A DNA stretch of 62,475 nucleotides, the filler included, from Hausera hauseri (Eukaryota): the NCBI GenBank assembly GCA_046269625.1. It is 10 parts of 10 records of this genome, joined end to end, with 100 filler letters (N's around TTAATTAATTAA, not from the genome) between each part and the next. Parts side by side here need not be neighbours in the genome. Positions count along the whole stretch, not along the records: positions 49,040 to 53,961 come from JBJURY010390479.1; positions 54,062 to 58,223 come from JBJURY010728212.1; positions 58,324 to 62,475 come from JBJURY010732656.1; 7 more parts are not named here. One strand, written 5' to 3'. Position 1 is the first letter of the stretch. Every line of letters begins with the position of its first letter. Of the stretch, positions 49,593 to 62,475 are shown piece after piece. The notes under the pieces were generated by a model. It ran no database searches. It worked only from the letters and a program-made list of their open reading frames with translations, and was not told the DNA's origin. Position numbers and translations under genes: made by a program.

Positions 49593-52500
49593 ATGAGCAG
49601 TACATGTCCAATTTGTCTCGAAGATAGGAACCATTTCAATGCAAGAACGCTAACATGTAAAGGTCTTTCTTATTGGCAATTGAATAGCTGGGATGATCCT
49701 TCGGATAGTCCGACGTACCCATATGTTGGGCCAACTGGGCAAAGTCCTCATAAATATCCTTTCTATGGATCTGATAGATGAAACAGTCAGTATCCGTGTA
49801 CATCAGCTGCATGGACTTGAACTTGGGGACCATTATATCGTAATGGAATCTGTACATTAGGGACTTTGATAGATCCAATATTGCCATACCCACATATATG
49901 GGCTTGTTCAATACCAATGCTATTTTTAGCATATGAATGCTGACCAAGTTCTCGGCATATATGGTGCTGCTGTAAAAGTTGGACTTGGCTATTTGCTTCT
50001 TTGCCCGCTTCCACTCAGAGACCAATTCTATGTTGATCCTGTTGCGGATATTTTTCATGGTCTTGCCAAAGACCGAGTAGTTATAAAGCTTGAATTGATC
50101 CTTCTCAAAGTTGTTCTTGGCATTAGTCCGCAGCTTCGTATTGAGATCTATGTATGACTGCAGCCACATGGACTGGCTGAACTGCAGAGCTTTATGGATC
50201 TTAGTAATACGAAGTCCATATCTAACTGCGTGCTGGAGATTGATACAGTGAACTACATACATCTCCCTATTACCCAGATGGCAGAGCAACTTTCTCTGCT
50301 TTCCATGGGGCGGAGGCCTGCTCTAGGGAAGGAAAGGCAGCTGCTCATGCCTTGTGTGGATGGAACCCTGATTTTCCATATCTACCTCCAATATATATCC
50401 CGTATCTCCAGTGGTATCTAGGTCCAATATAGGGATGTTTTCAGGATTCTCGACCCATTTGAAGTTATCATATGGCAATTGGGCGCTCATTGTCCGTCCA
50501 TACAAGTTGTTGGCATCCATGTATGATATATATGAGGATTCTTTTGTTGAGTCGTATTCGGCCATATACTTGTTGAGGGCCTCACTATACCCATGAATGA
50601 CCTGGCATATTCCACCTTTAATGCCTCTCTCGATCATAAGGATCATATCATAATCCTTAATGATCTGCAGCCTTATGCCGGTATATCTCAGCATTGCTGC
50701 CCAACTCATTCATGGAGCCGTAAAGAAATGAGCCGGATCCAATGCATGGCTCTTCATTGTAACATCCTGAAACTCTCAAAGACACCTGTCAGCAGCAGCA
50801 CATCTGTGAGGAGATATATCACTATATTCCCCTATTATCCTGCATTGGAATGCATGCCAGACGTTCTGAGCATGCTGGTAGTCAGAATCACTGATATCTC
50901 AATCAGAGAGGATATTGTAAAAGTCCTTCTGGGCCGGCAATGAGGTCTCATCCAGTGTTTCCAATGAAGTTATATAGTCATAGGTAAACACGCCTTTCCT
51001 TTTAACCAGGTCAAAGGTAGTGGGGAAGAATCGTTTCGTCTTCTTGAGTTCTTCTGCCGGGAGGTTCTTCACTAAACTATCCAGTGAAGACGACATGAAG
51101 CGGAAACTGCATATGAAGAGAAGTGGAATTTTGCCAACATGCTTAGTGAAAGTGATATATTTCTCCTCACTGTTTGGGATCACATCAATATTACCATCAA
51201 TGTTGTCTAATTCTCGGACTATGAAATGGGAATCATAGCCACTGAGATTATGAAACAATACAGGTACATATGTGCATGTTTTGTAGCGAAGATTGCAGTT
51301 GTTGCATGCTGCCCCTCGATATGCACTTGTAAAATGGCAGTGATCCTTGACTTTCCTATTTTCCTTGGTGAAGGACTTGTAGCACAAGTAACATGTTGTT
51401 GCCTTGCGACATTCTTCTTCTTGTTTCCACGACATGCTCATATTATCCTTATGCCGCTGAAGCATGTTTTCAAGCTTATGAGCCATGTCTTCAAGTCTCT
51501 TCATGAAATGTGTTGCTGCACCTGGACCCCTAAATAGAAATGGTTCACTGTCCAGTCCTTTGGCATATATGCAATACGACGAGAATTCATGGTATTGGTA
51601 TGCCGTTGTGCTACTATGTTGAGGACTGGGAGTGCAGTCTGAACTGGCCTGAGAATAGCTTCAAAGTCGCAATAGACGACAATTGGGACCTTGAGATTTT
51701 TCTCGAACTCTTTGAATTCAATATAGTCCTCCTTGGGAAATTCTGGTTTTACACAATAATTGTTGCTGCAGTACATCTTGTTTCCTGCAAGCCTGTCTAC
51801 TGGAGTATCGCCGCTAAAATGAGACAAGCATCGCTTACAAATCTCAATTTTTCCATGATGATTTGCAATTTGGGATCTTATTAGACGTTCAAAATTCTTT
51901 ATTCATACGTAATGTTTCTTTTCCCCATCGTCTAGTAGGAGCAGATCCATATGATCTTCCAATTCAACATCGCATATCTGTAGGGGATAGAATTTGTCTT
52001 CATCATACAATCCAATGATGTTGATGGATATATTGTTGATTTGACTCAACTTCTTTACTTTATCTATGGATGGCGAGAATTTAATACATTGGAATTCATA
52101 GTTATAATGCACATCCTTATATAGTCAAACTCGTGAAGCATTATTTTGATCCCGTACGAGTTTTGATAAAATGGAATACATGAAACACATGTTTTCGTTA
52201 TTGTGGACATTGACACATGCTTTTTATTAGCGATCCAATCAGGAAGCTGAATATATGAACGATCCCGCATGGGGGAGAATCTGTGCACATACACAAGCAA
52301 TCTCTTGATAGTTGTCAGAGTCCATCCGCTCTTCTTACTCTGACGCTCATCGGCTTCAGTAATAACCTTCGCATGCTCTTCATTCAGCCTGCTCTTCAGC
52401 ATGCTCTTCAACATTGACGTACGTGGCCTCAAGTTTCATATTAACCTTAAGGGCCTTGAGCTCAGCTATGTTGTCTTGGAGAATCCATATTGTTTCTTCC

Positions 52501-53961
52501 TCTGTGCACTCCAGGAACTCCTTGATGGTTGTTTGACCAGCTGCATCAATGACATATTTGCGGACATTTCTCTTTAATGCTGCAGCATTAACTGGCCTCT
52601 GTCTTTGGCTTTTTCATGGAGCCGCTACGCCTGATGCGCCTGATTTGTTTGATGCACGTTTTAGTCCAGCATCTGGCTGTGGCACTGCAGCCTGTGCTAC
52701 TGCAACTGGCTTATGTTGATTAAAGATAATCTTTTTTGACTTTGATGTGAAGTCAGTCAACTGATGTTTGTAATCTTCATAAAATTGTATGCATACTTCA
52801 TCACATACAGTCTCACATCCTGGACAGATATAACAGATGATCTTATTGAATTTGTATCCATTTGTATCCATCTTTGATTTTCCTTTGGCACAAAAGTAGT
52901 TATTGTCATATTGGTGCTGAATATTTGTTTTTTTCGACTTGGTGAAGGGAATTAGGTCCTGTTTATAGACATTGTAAAAGTTTTCATAATTGGTTTGGCA
53001 CACTACCTCACATTCACGGCATTTATAATACTGAACCCTGTTGTATGGATGGCCAAACTACTTTTTCATAATACTGTAGCAATTTTCAGGCTCATGGATT
53101 TGATCCAAGCATACTCTGTAAAGTTTGCACATTTAAAAATCAGCCAATTGTTTCAGGAGAACAATTAAAAAACTCACCATTCGTTGAAGTGATTTTGGAA
53201 ATAATGAAAAATATATCCATATCACCATGTACTACCTCGCTTATTGATTGGTTTTAATGCACTTTTGTTTCAATGCATCAATTAAATGCATGGTGGCGCC
53301 AAATTCGATTAGGTTTTCATATATGGGGATTCGAATGACGCTATTAGATTCTTCGAATAATGCATTCTTGGCCGAATATTCGAGTTCGAATAGCTAAATA
53401 TTTGACTTGAAAGCTCGAATTCAAATATCTAACATCATATTCCGATTCGGCATATATACTTTCTTATCCAGCCCCGCTATTAGATTTATTGATTTTCGCT
53501 TCACTGAGCTTTAAATTCGCATTTTGCTTAATTCGAAATATTGATTTTGCATCTATATAGGTCACTTTCATGGATTAATTTTTATACATTAGGAGGTTTC
53601 CGTATATGGAGAATCGATTGCCGTTGTTAGATTTTTCGAATAGTTCGAACTTTGATATTCGAGCTCGAAAATATTCGAATTTCAATTATCTGACTTGAGA
53701 TTCGTGATCGCCATATTCGACTTCTAATTTGTCCGTTTTAATTATAATATCTTATTTTGAGTGCTTTGACCAAATAAAACTTATGGGCATTCGCCCTCAG
53801 TTACACTTTGGATCGATATTATTCGAAAACTAATCGAAAAATTTAAATTCTAACTGCACATTCATATACTGCACCATGTTTGTTTTCGAATGCACCAAGT
53901 CAAATGTCCTAATAATCAATATTGGAAATATTCGAAAACCGATATTATTGATTTTTGCACA
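49593..53961 (-). mobile_element. Polinton/Maverick decayed copy 2 (pPolB pseudogene ~49660-53180 plus non-coding flank)
   Basis: KVKDHCHFTSAYRGAACNNCN, FHNLSGYDSHF, RKGVFTYDY, YMDANNLYG, KLYNYSVFGKT, YTDTDC. Confidence 0.92.
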
Positions 53962-54090
53962 NNNNNNNNNNNNNNNNNNNNNNNNNNNNNNNNNNNNNNN
54001 NNNNNTTAATTAATTAANNNNNNNNNNNNNNNNNNNNNNNNNNNNNNNNNNNNNNNNNNNNCGGCACATGTGCAAATCGATTTATCGATC

Positions 54091-54110
54091 CAACCCCCCC
54101 GGGGGGGTTG
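54091..54110. repeat. Perfect 20-bp GC palindrome
   Basis: caacccccccgggggggttg. Confidence 0.9.
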
Positions 54111-55324
54111 AGCCAGAAGCGGTATTTTCCCCCTACTAACTGATATCCTTAAATGAAGCAAACACATCTCGACGAATGAGTTTTGGAACGTTCAATAAAT
54201 TTAACTGATTACCATTTTCAAAATCTGATATATTTTTTTTACATATTTTTTCATCATTAAATTGTTTTTTAGTTCCATAAATTCGCTGAGATATAGACAC
54301 AGAAGACATCTCCAGCGTTATAAATCCCAAATAAACCGTTTCATAATTTTGTATTTGTTTCTGTAAATAAAACGATTGGGACATTTTTAATCGGCTGTAT
54401 TTCTGAGGCTTCTCCTGGCCTGAATTCTGCATATTTTTTGGTGAGAAGCCAAAGGTATGGCCCTCGGATTTGCCCGCATCTATTGGCATCTCTTTTCCGT
54501 TAAATTTATTACCCATTTCCATAAAAATTAACGTTTCCGATTTTGTCCGTAACAGGACTTTGTAAACGTTAATTACAAATTTCATAATTTCAGTTCTAAT
54601 TGCAATCCATTTTCATAATCAATATTTATTTAGTTCATCCTTGGCATTTATTGCCATGTATATTTCTATATATATACATATCTATTTATATAATTATATT
54701 GACAATTGACTAATGCTTAATTAAAGGCCAAACATTACTTTTTCTTGACACAAAAACAATATACACAACTTTTCAAAGTCACTAATTAATATCTATTTTC
54801 TTTCTGGTATCGAGATAGTCTAATTCCTCATTTTCCTTATACATAGACCACATTTTTCAAGTTCCTTATTATATATGTTGTGTTCAAATATATATGTTGT
54901 GTTTTTTCATATCCCCTTTTCGGAATTTGAGTAACAACGTATGTACCATTCGAGCTTCATCAATCAAATAATTTTTGAAAACACGTCCTCGAACGAAAGA
55001 AGGCATATTACTAATATGTGCTTTTATTTCATCTCTAAGAAGAGCATCGCTTATTTCCTTAATACGCTTATACAAAGCCTCTTTTTCCAACTGGCGAATG
55101 AAGTATAATTCCTTTATACAAATACATTTCCCAGCAGCCATGGAATTTGAGCGACACAAGTTCCGTGAATGCACGATAATTTGTCTCAGGGACTGAATTG
55201 AGAAAGGCAATTGTCCTGAGAAAAAAAATTATAGTTCCGTGTGTAATTTTCGTTACATTCGCAGAGATAGAATAGATCAATGCCAGATTGCATTATTTTA
55301 CTACTTATACATAGATTTCCTCGA

Positions 55325-55850
55325 CTAACCACACGCAGTATTACCAGCCAGTTTTCCTCTTACTGGAGAAGCACAAACATTAATCATATGTTGACATTTA
55401 TCTCCATAGAAATTTTTCTTACATTTACAATGATATTTTCTACCCTCTGAATAGACTATTGACATAGTTCTATTCCGATAACAACCCATTGATTCGGGAT
55501 TCTTTAAAGATATAAGGACAGCACAATTTCTTTCGTGATGTCGCCAAATATAGCCCGGTTTGCAATACACATCTAAATCCGGATTCTTTGGTGGATAATA
55601 ACTTATCAGCTTCACATTCTCCACTACTTGTATTTGGTAAACTTTGACAAAATATCGTTCGATTGTAACATGGATTTGGATAATACCCTCGGCCATCATA
55701 ATAAATTGTATTCTTTTCATTTGTTCCCATCATACAATAATGATAGACGAATGTGGCTGTTAGTTGAGTAGTCGTTAGAATTAATTGAGGAAATCCCGTT
55801 CTAGCTAATTTTAGAAGTTTGACAAATTCTAAAGCAACCATGTTAAACAA
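55325..55850 (-). pseudogene. Cysteine-rich protein with an EGF-like motif (two overlapping frames)
   Basis: CYRNRTMSIVYSEGRKYHCKCKKNFYGDKCQHMINVCASP. Confidence 0.5.
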
Positions 55851-56519
55851 AACACAATTAATAGTAGAATCGCGAGCAACTGTACAACATGTTTTTTATC
55901 ATCTTTTGAAAATAATGGTTTGTACCATCTAATTGGACCATCTGATTTAAACTGCGAAGCTATAATGGACAAAGCATAATAACTACCAAAGAAACCCCTG
56001 GAGAAACCACCGATTAGCATACTTCTAACCTCTGGAAGTAGGTCGTTTAGTGGTACAAGAAACCTCAAATCTCTTGCTTCAACCGTAATGACTTCATGTA
56101 ATAAACAAAGTTTATCATGAGAGTAAAATGATTTCCATTAATTTTCCAAATCGAAATGATGGTAGGTGAACATGCAATTATAAAACTATAATTTTGTAAA
56201 GACCATCTAACGACCTTCAACTCTCGGTGAGCTATGATTATTCTCGCTGTCCAGTTTTCCGAACCCTGCTAGGGGTCATGCATCCATTATTTTGCACACT
56301 CTGTTTTTATGTCACGCACACTCATTCAACAATCTAACCTTTAACAACCCGATTTTTAATACAACCATCATGCACAATGCAACCAACATATGAACACACA
56401 TACATTTATATACATACATACACATATATATATACACTATATACATCCCGTACCCCGTTATCTTTCTCATGCTTTCCGGATTACCCAACTAGTCAGTCGG
56501 GTTCCAACAATCTTCGAAT

Positions 56520-58223
56520 TCACACTTTTCTTTCCTTAATTCTTCGCCACCTGCACAGTGTAAAAGGTTCTTTCTTGTCCTTTAGGTGTACCTTTCTTGG
56601 ACAACGAATTATGAGCATAATGGAATTTCTCCCCACATCTACAATTCCCCTTCGTATACTACATGCAAACTCGCGCTTTACTGTTCCCTGCATTAACATG
56701 TAGGTATTTGCATTTGTTTCCGAACTTACAATCTTCGTTTTTCTCAAACTCCCAGCATATTTGGTTTTCGGTTTTATTCGTCGGTTTAATACTACTCCCT
56801 TTTTCCTCTTCGTTAGGAATTGATATTCCATTCCTGTCGACATCCTTGTTTACATAGAAACTTCCTTGCGGTTTTCTTTGAAATTCATACCTTTTCGGAG
56901 ATGCATGATTTTTATTATGAACGGGGAACCGTTTTTCAATTGTAGATTCACTTTTACCGTACGTCCTATCAGACTCGTAATCTATTCCTGAGTTAAAAGT
57001 GTTTATACCCCTAACTCTTTCGATTGTGTTCCTCCGAACGCTCGCTTCTAATTCTATCCATGTTTTCAATTCTCCAACCGTCCGATCCAACCTCCTTTCA
57101 GTGGCATGTCTCTCTCATAACAATACTATAGACTCTAAGAATTTCTCTACAAGACTTTGGTATAATAACCCTCCAACTAATTCTTTTTTCCTTCCAAAAT
57201 TTCGCAATCTTACTGTTCTGCCATCCAACAATGCAACGAATCGATCCAGACCTACGATGTCCTCTTCCCTAATCGGTTTAAAACGCATCACCTCAGTCAT
57301 AAAGGCGGCATAACACCGTTGTTCCACACCGTAGTAGGAGTCAAGCTTTTCCATGGCAGCTTTATAACCCTCTTCTGATAAATCAAAGTTCTCAATCAGC
57401 CTTTTCGGTTCTCCATAAAGACACCTTTCTAACTGTAGCTGTTTGCATGTGGTAGACATTGACGTTTTGTTTAAACACGTGTTAAATGTCTTTCTCCAAC
57501 GATCATATTCAACTACTACTCCACCAAATTGTGGCAATTTCAATCTTTGTAACTTCGGCAGATTTGATTTTTCTTTTATTTCACTCTCCACTATCTTTTT
57601 CGTAGCGTTGGTGACCCATTTGTTGTCTTTTAGGCTGCGTTCATAAATTATCGTGTTGATTTTTTCATTTTGCTCATCTAGCCTCTCCATCTCGTTTTCC
57701 AGTAACGTTATATTCTCTTCCTTTTTCAACTTTCTGGCTGCAGTAGTCAGCGAAAACAATTTCTCTTGGACACTTGCAAAAACCCTCTCGTAACTTTGAA
57801 AATATACTTCATAGTCGTGATCATTCAAATTAACATCCATTAGTTTCCTTCTAATTGAAACTAACTCATTTATGGGTCGTCGCCGTTCAGCAATGCGTTC
57901 TTCAAGCGCTTCCGCAGTCAATTCACTTCCCCCCTTCAGCTGGAATGTTAAATGAAGTGTAGCGCTTTGCCTTAAACTCTTCACTGCTCCGTCGATCCGT
58001 AGCGATTTTCCGGCATGTGGTAGACTAAATTCCTCGTTTATTCTCAAGATTTTCTTTATAGTCACCTTTAGATCGTAATATGACTGAATTTCAGTTAAAT
58101 CTACCATAAAATTACATCCACCACAACGGACAATTATCTGTTTTCTTGTTTCTTCGGTTTTCGTAGCTACCTTTTTCCTTATTTTCCTTTTATTCACCCT
58201 TCCTATTTCATATTGTTTCCATT
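56520..58223 (-). mobile_element. gag: BEL/Pao-type gag (DUF1759-like) with an N-terminal ubiquitin-like domain and C-terminal CCCH fingers; 5' end cut by the contig edge
   Basis: LQRLKLPQFGG...CLYGEPKRLIENFDLSEEGYKAAMEKLDSYYG; ATLHLTFQLKGG; ICWEFEKNEDCKFGNKCKYLH. Confidence 0.8.
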
Positions 58224-58599
58224 NNNNNNNNNNNNNNNNNNNNNNNNNNNNNNNNNNNNNNNNNNNNTTAATTAATTAANNNNNNNNNNNNNNNNNNNNN
58301 NNNNNNNNNNNNNNNNNNNNNNNTTTGGTATTTTCTTTGAACAAAATTTGTTATGAATAGAATAAATAAATGTATATAGGCCGCCTTATTTTTTATACCA
58401 CATATTTGTTTAATAAACATTTGTAATTCTGAAAATGAAGGTGCAGATGAGCACAAGAGTTTACAGAACCACCGTCAAACCAGCCTTCAGATAATTCACT
58501 CAGAATATAATGCTGATTAATAAAATTAAAAACCCCGAGACTCAAAATAAAATGCTTACAGAAAATTGTTACATTACGAATAGTGAGGCACTTATATTT

Positions 58600-61500
58600 C
58601 AGCCATCTTTACAACAGGACTGAGTATTATATATGTCCTTCATATGAAGTAGTGTGCCAAACCAATTATGAGGACTTTTACAATGCCCATAAACAACACC
58701 AGATTTCCTTTACCAAGTCTAAAATCAAATATTCAATACCAGTATAACTTTCATGCCTAAGAAAAATCAAAAATGCAGTTTATATTTGTATTGCACATGT
58801 GCAATACAGAACCTTCAGAACTGCCTTAATACCATGAGGAGCTACTATAAATAAAAATTCAACAGGATCGTCTATTATATTTGCCCAGGATGTGAGGCTG
58901 CATGTGATGGAAAATACGTAAAGTTTTATGAGGATCATATTACCCATTTGACGGACTTCAAGTCGAAGTCAAAGAAGGTCATCTTTTACGAGCAGCATAA
59001 GCTATATGTAGCAGTACAGCCTACTGCGGCAGGAAAGCACGATGCAGAACTAAAACACATAGCAGCAGCAGTAGATCCTCCACTAAAAAGCCAAACACAG
59101 AGGCCAGTTGATGCTGCAGTATTAAAGAGAAAAGTCCGCAGATAAATTATTGATGCATCTGACCAAACAGCACTCTATGAGTTTCTGGAGTATACAAAGG
59201 AAGAGACAGAGGGAGTTCTCCAGAACAATATGGCGGAGCTCAAAGCCCTTAAAGTGAACATGAAACTGGAGGCCACATACATCAATATTGATGGCGAAGA
59301 ATCCAATAGGTTCTTCAAGACCAAAAATTGGCCTATATTAGAAAACATCGACATTTTAGAAAGGCTGCATGAGGCGCACGCGAAGCTGATACATGAAACC
59401 GGAGACAGCCAGGATAAGAAGAGCGGCTGAATTCTGGCTATCATAAAGAGACTGCTTGTCTATGTGCACAAGTATTTCCCCTTGCGGATCAGTCCATATA
59501 TAAGGCTCTCAAAATGGATCATTAAAAGAAAGACATGCATTAGTGTCCGTAATTATGACAAGTTGTGTTTCATGTATGCCATTCTATTAAAACTCAAACG
59601 GATCAAAATCATGCTTTACGTGTTTTGCTATATAAATATATGCACAACATCTATGACTTCCAATGTATCAAGTTTCCTCCATCCATAGGTGAAGTCAAAA
59701 TATTTGGAAAAGTCAACAACGTATCCACCAATATCTTGGCATTGGATGAAGAGGACAAATTCTACACGCTGCAGATATGTGACGCTGAACTGGAAGATCA
59801 TAGGGATCTGCTTCTACTAGACGATGGAGAAAAGAGACATTATGCTTGGATAAAGGATTTCGAGCGTCTAGTCAGATCCAAAATTACGAAATATCATGGA
59901 CAAATAGAAATATGCAAACGATGCAACACAAAATGTACTGCAACAAAAATTATTGTATTAGGCCAGAATTTCCCAAGAAGGACTACATCGAATTTAAGGA
60001 GTTCGAGAAGATTAAGGTCCATGTAGTTATCTGTTGCGACTTTGAGGCTATTCGGCGCCAAGTTCAGAGTTGCAGCCCTAATTCCCAACATAGTAGCACA
60101 ACGGCACACCAACACCATTAATTTCCGTCATATTTTATATGTGTAAAAGGACTGGAGAGTAAAACATATTTATTAAAGAGTGCAGGGGCAACAGCTCATT
60201 TCATGAAGCGACTTGAAGACATGGTTCATAGGCTTGAAGATATGCTGCAACAGTATAAGGATACAGTGAGCATGTCGAAGAAACAAGAAAAATAATGGTG
60301 TAAGGCAACAGAATGTTACTTGTGCGAAAAGTCCTTCACCGTGGAGAATTGAAAAGTTAGGGATCATTGCCATTTTCCAGGCACATATCGAGGCGCAGCC
60401 TGCAACAATTGCAATCTACGTTGCAAAACATGTACATGTATACCTGTAGTGTTCAACAATCTCTGTGACTATGATTCCCACTTCACTGTTCAGGAACTGG
60501 AAAACATTGAGGAGAACATTGATGTGATTCCCAATAGTGAGGATAAGTATATCGCACTTACGAAGCAGGTTGGAAGAATCAGGCTTCGCTTCGTAGTAAG
60601 TTTCCGTTTTATATCGTCTTCACTTGACAGCTTAGTGAAGAACCTCCATTCAGAAGAACTCAAGCAGACAAAGCGATTCTTCTTTACCACATTTAACCTT
60701 GTCAAGAGGAAAGGCATGTTTCCGTATGACTATATAACTTTATGGGAAACACTGGATGAGGCATCATTGCCGTCTAAGAAGGAATTTTACAATATCCTCT
60801 CCGATTTTGATATCAATGATATAAACTACCAACATGCCCAAAATGTCTGGCATGCATTTCAATGCAGGAGACTTTGGGGAATACAGTAATATATACCTCA
60901 ATACGGACGTGCTGCTTCTGAAGGATGTCTTTGAGAGCTTCAGAGATGTTACGATGAAGAGCCATGAATTGGATACGGATCATTTCTTTACGGCTCCAGG
61001 GATGAGTTAGGCAGCAATGCTGCGCTATACAGGTGTCCAGCTGCAAATTATAAAGGATTATGACATTATCCTCATGATCGAGAGAGGCATTAGAGGCGGA
61101 ATGTGCCAGAAGATTCACCGATATAATGAGGCCAAAAACAAGTATATTGCCGAATACTTTTCCAGCAAAATTATCCTATATACCAAAAACATACATGGTT
61201 GGGCAATAGATCTCAATACGAATCTGCGGGCAAGACGATAGAAAATAACCGCAACAAGATAACACAGATTTACTATGTGAGTGGAAGCGAGCAAAGAAGC
61301 TTATTGCCAACACCAACTTCCGCGGCAACACCATATATGTGGAGAACTTGGTCAGCATCCATATGCTGAAAACATCCTTGCAGTTTAGCAAGCCCATATA
61401 TGTGGCTATGGCAATACTGGACCTGTCAAAGACCTTGTCGTACAAATTCCACTACGACATCATGGTCCCAACATTCAAGTCTATACAGCTGATGTGCATG

Positions 61501-62475
61501 GATACTGATAGTTTCATCTATGAGATCCATACGGAGGACTTTGTTAAGTTGGCACAGCATATGGATACGTCTGACTATCCAATGAATCATCGAAACTATT
61601 CAATTACCAACAAGAAAGTCCTTGGAAAATCCAAAGACGGTGTGAATGGGGCAGTCATCTCGCGATTTGTAGCTCTTCGATCAAAAGTGCATGCACTTTA
61701 TGTATGTGGTCAAGTAACAAAGCGGGCCAAACGGGTTCAAAGTGCGACCTTAGCCAAGAAGATCAGCTTCGATGACTACGTGAGAGTTCTGCATGAGAAA
61801 ACTCACATCATATCAGAGATTCGAAGGATCCAATCAATGGCTTATAACATTGAGACAGTAACATTACAGAAAAAGCCTAGATTGGATGTATGAGAAGAAG
61901 CAGATCCTGGGTGATGGAATAAGTACAGTGCCTCACGGACATGTGGCATTGTAAATATGTACATATTGTTATTCTTTGTTTAATAAATCTTGTATAGAAA
62001 CATCGTGTTGTCTTTTTGATCAAGTAATGTGGAGTATAGATAAGGCCAAGTAATTAAATACTACATAGACCAAGTAAATAAATCAATAAATTTGAAATTC
62101 AAATAAAAAAATCAATTCCGTGTGTCATTTACTTGCCTTATTCTGACGTTATTTCTAAATGGCAAAAATATGNNNNNNNNNNTGTCTTCAGAAATGGTTA
62201 TGTCGCAAAATGTCCTTCCCAATATGCAGGACACTTTTGATTATGCCCTTATACGAGATGAAGAAGACGAGTGTTGTACATGTCGTGGGTAGGGTGTCTG
62301 ATAAAGACATAAGAACATAACTTTGACATAACACTAAACACTTTTTATAAGCACAATGCAAACCATGTTCACAATAAATGCATGTAATATTCTTTAATAT
62401 AGCTACCAATTTACCACATTCATGTGTAGATGTTCGCAATTCTGAAAACTTCTGTTAAATATCTTCTTTCGCCCA
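58600..62475 (+). mobile_element. Polinton/Maverick decayed copy 3 (pPolB pseudogene ~58600-61954 plus convergent accessory ORF end)
   Basis: HYAWIKDFERL, DHCHFPGTYRGAACNNCN, RKGMFPYDY, ERGIRGG, CMDTDSF, FVALRSKVHA, VPHGH. Confidence 0.92.

Overview
This is not one locus. It is 10 short, AT-rich contigs joined by artificial N-TTAATTAATTAA-N linkers (contigs approx. 1-5588, 5689-10509, 10610-16656, 16757-21738, 21839-25919, 26020-36812, 36913-48939, 49040-53961, 54062-58223, 58324-62475). The DNA is from an invertebrate animal, judged from arthropod-like 5S rRNA genes and ~45-50 nt GT-AG introns, and is dominated by mobile elements. Contents: three 5S rRNA genes; an intronless RME-8/DNAJC13 pseudogene; an ankyrin-repeat and Ser/Thr kinase gene region; three decayed copies of a Polinton/Maverick family; mariner, hAT and MITE remnants; and one pristine Firmicute-type gene with its own promoter (probably contamination). 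The most unusual signal is a retroelement architecture in which Ty3/Gypsy Gag is fused in one >1800-aa ORF to a chuvirus/gB-like glycoprotein, with no protease, RT or integrase between them. The intervening region holds a ubiquitin-like domain and an AT-hook. A decayed, diverged relative at 1.8-5.2 kb has the same gene order. Next to the intact copy lie a Gypsy integrase and two large unexplained ORFs, one a type I membrane protein. A separate BEL/Pao Gag carries an N-terminal di-Gly ubiquitin-like domain and CCCH fingers. All family assignments are from motif recognition by eye; no searches were run.
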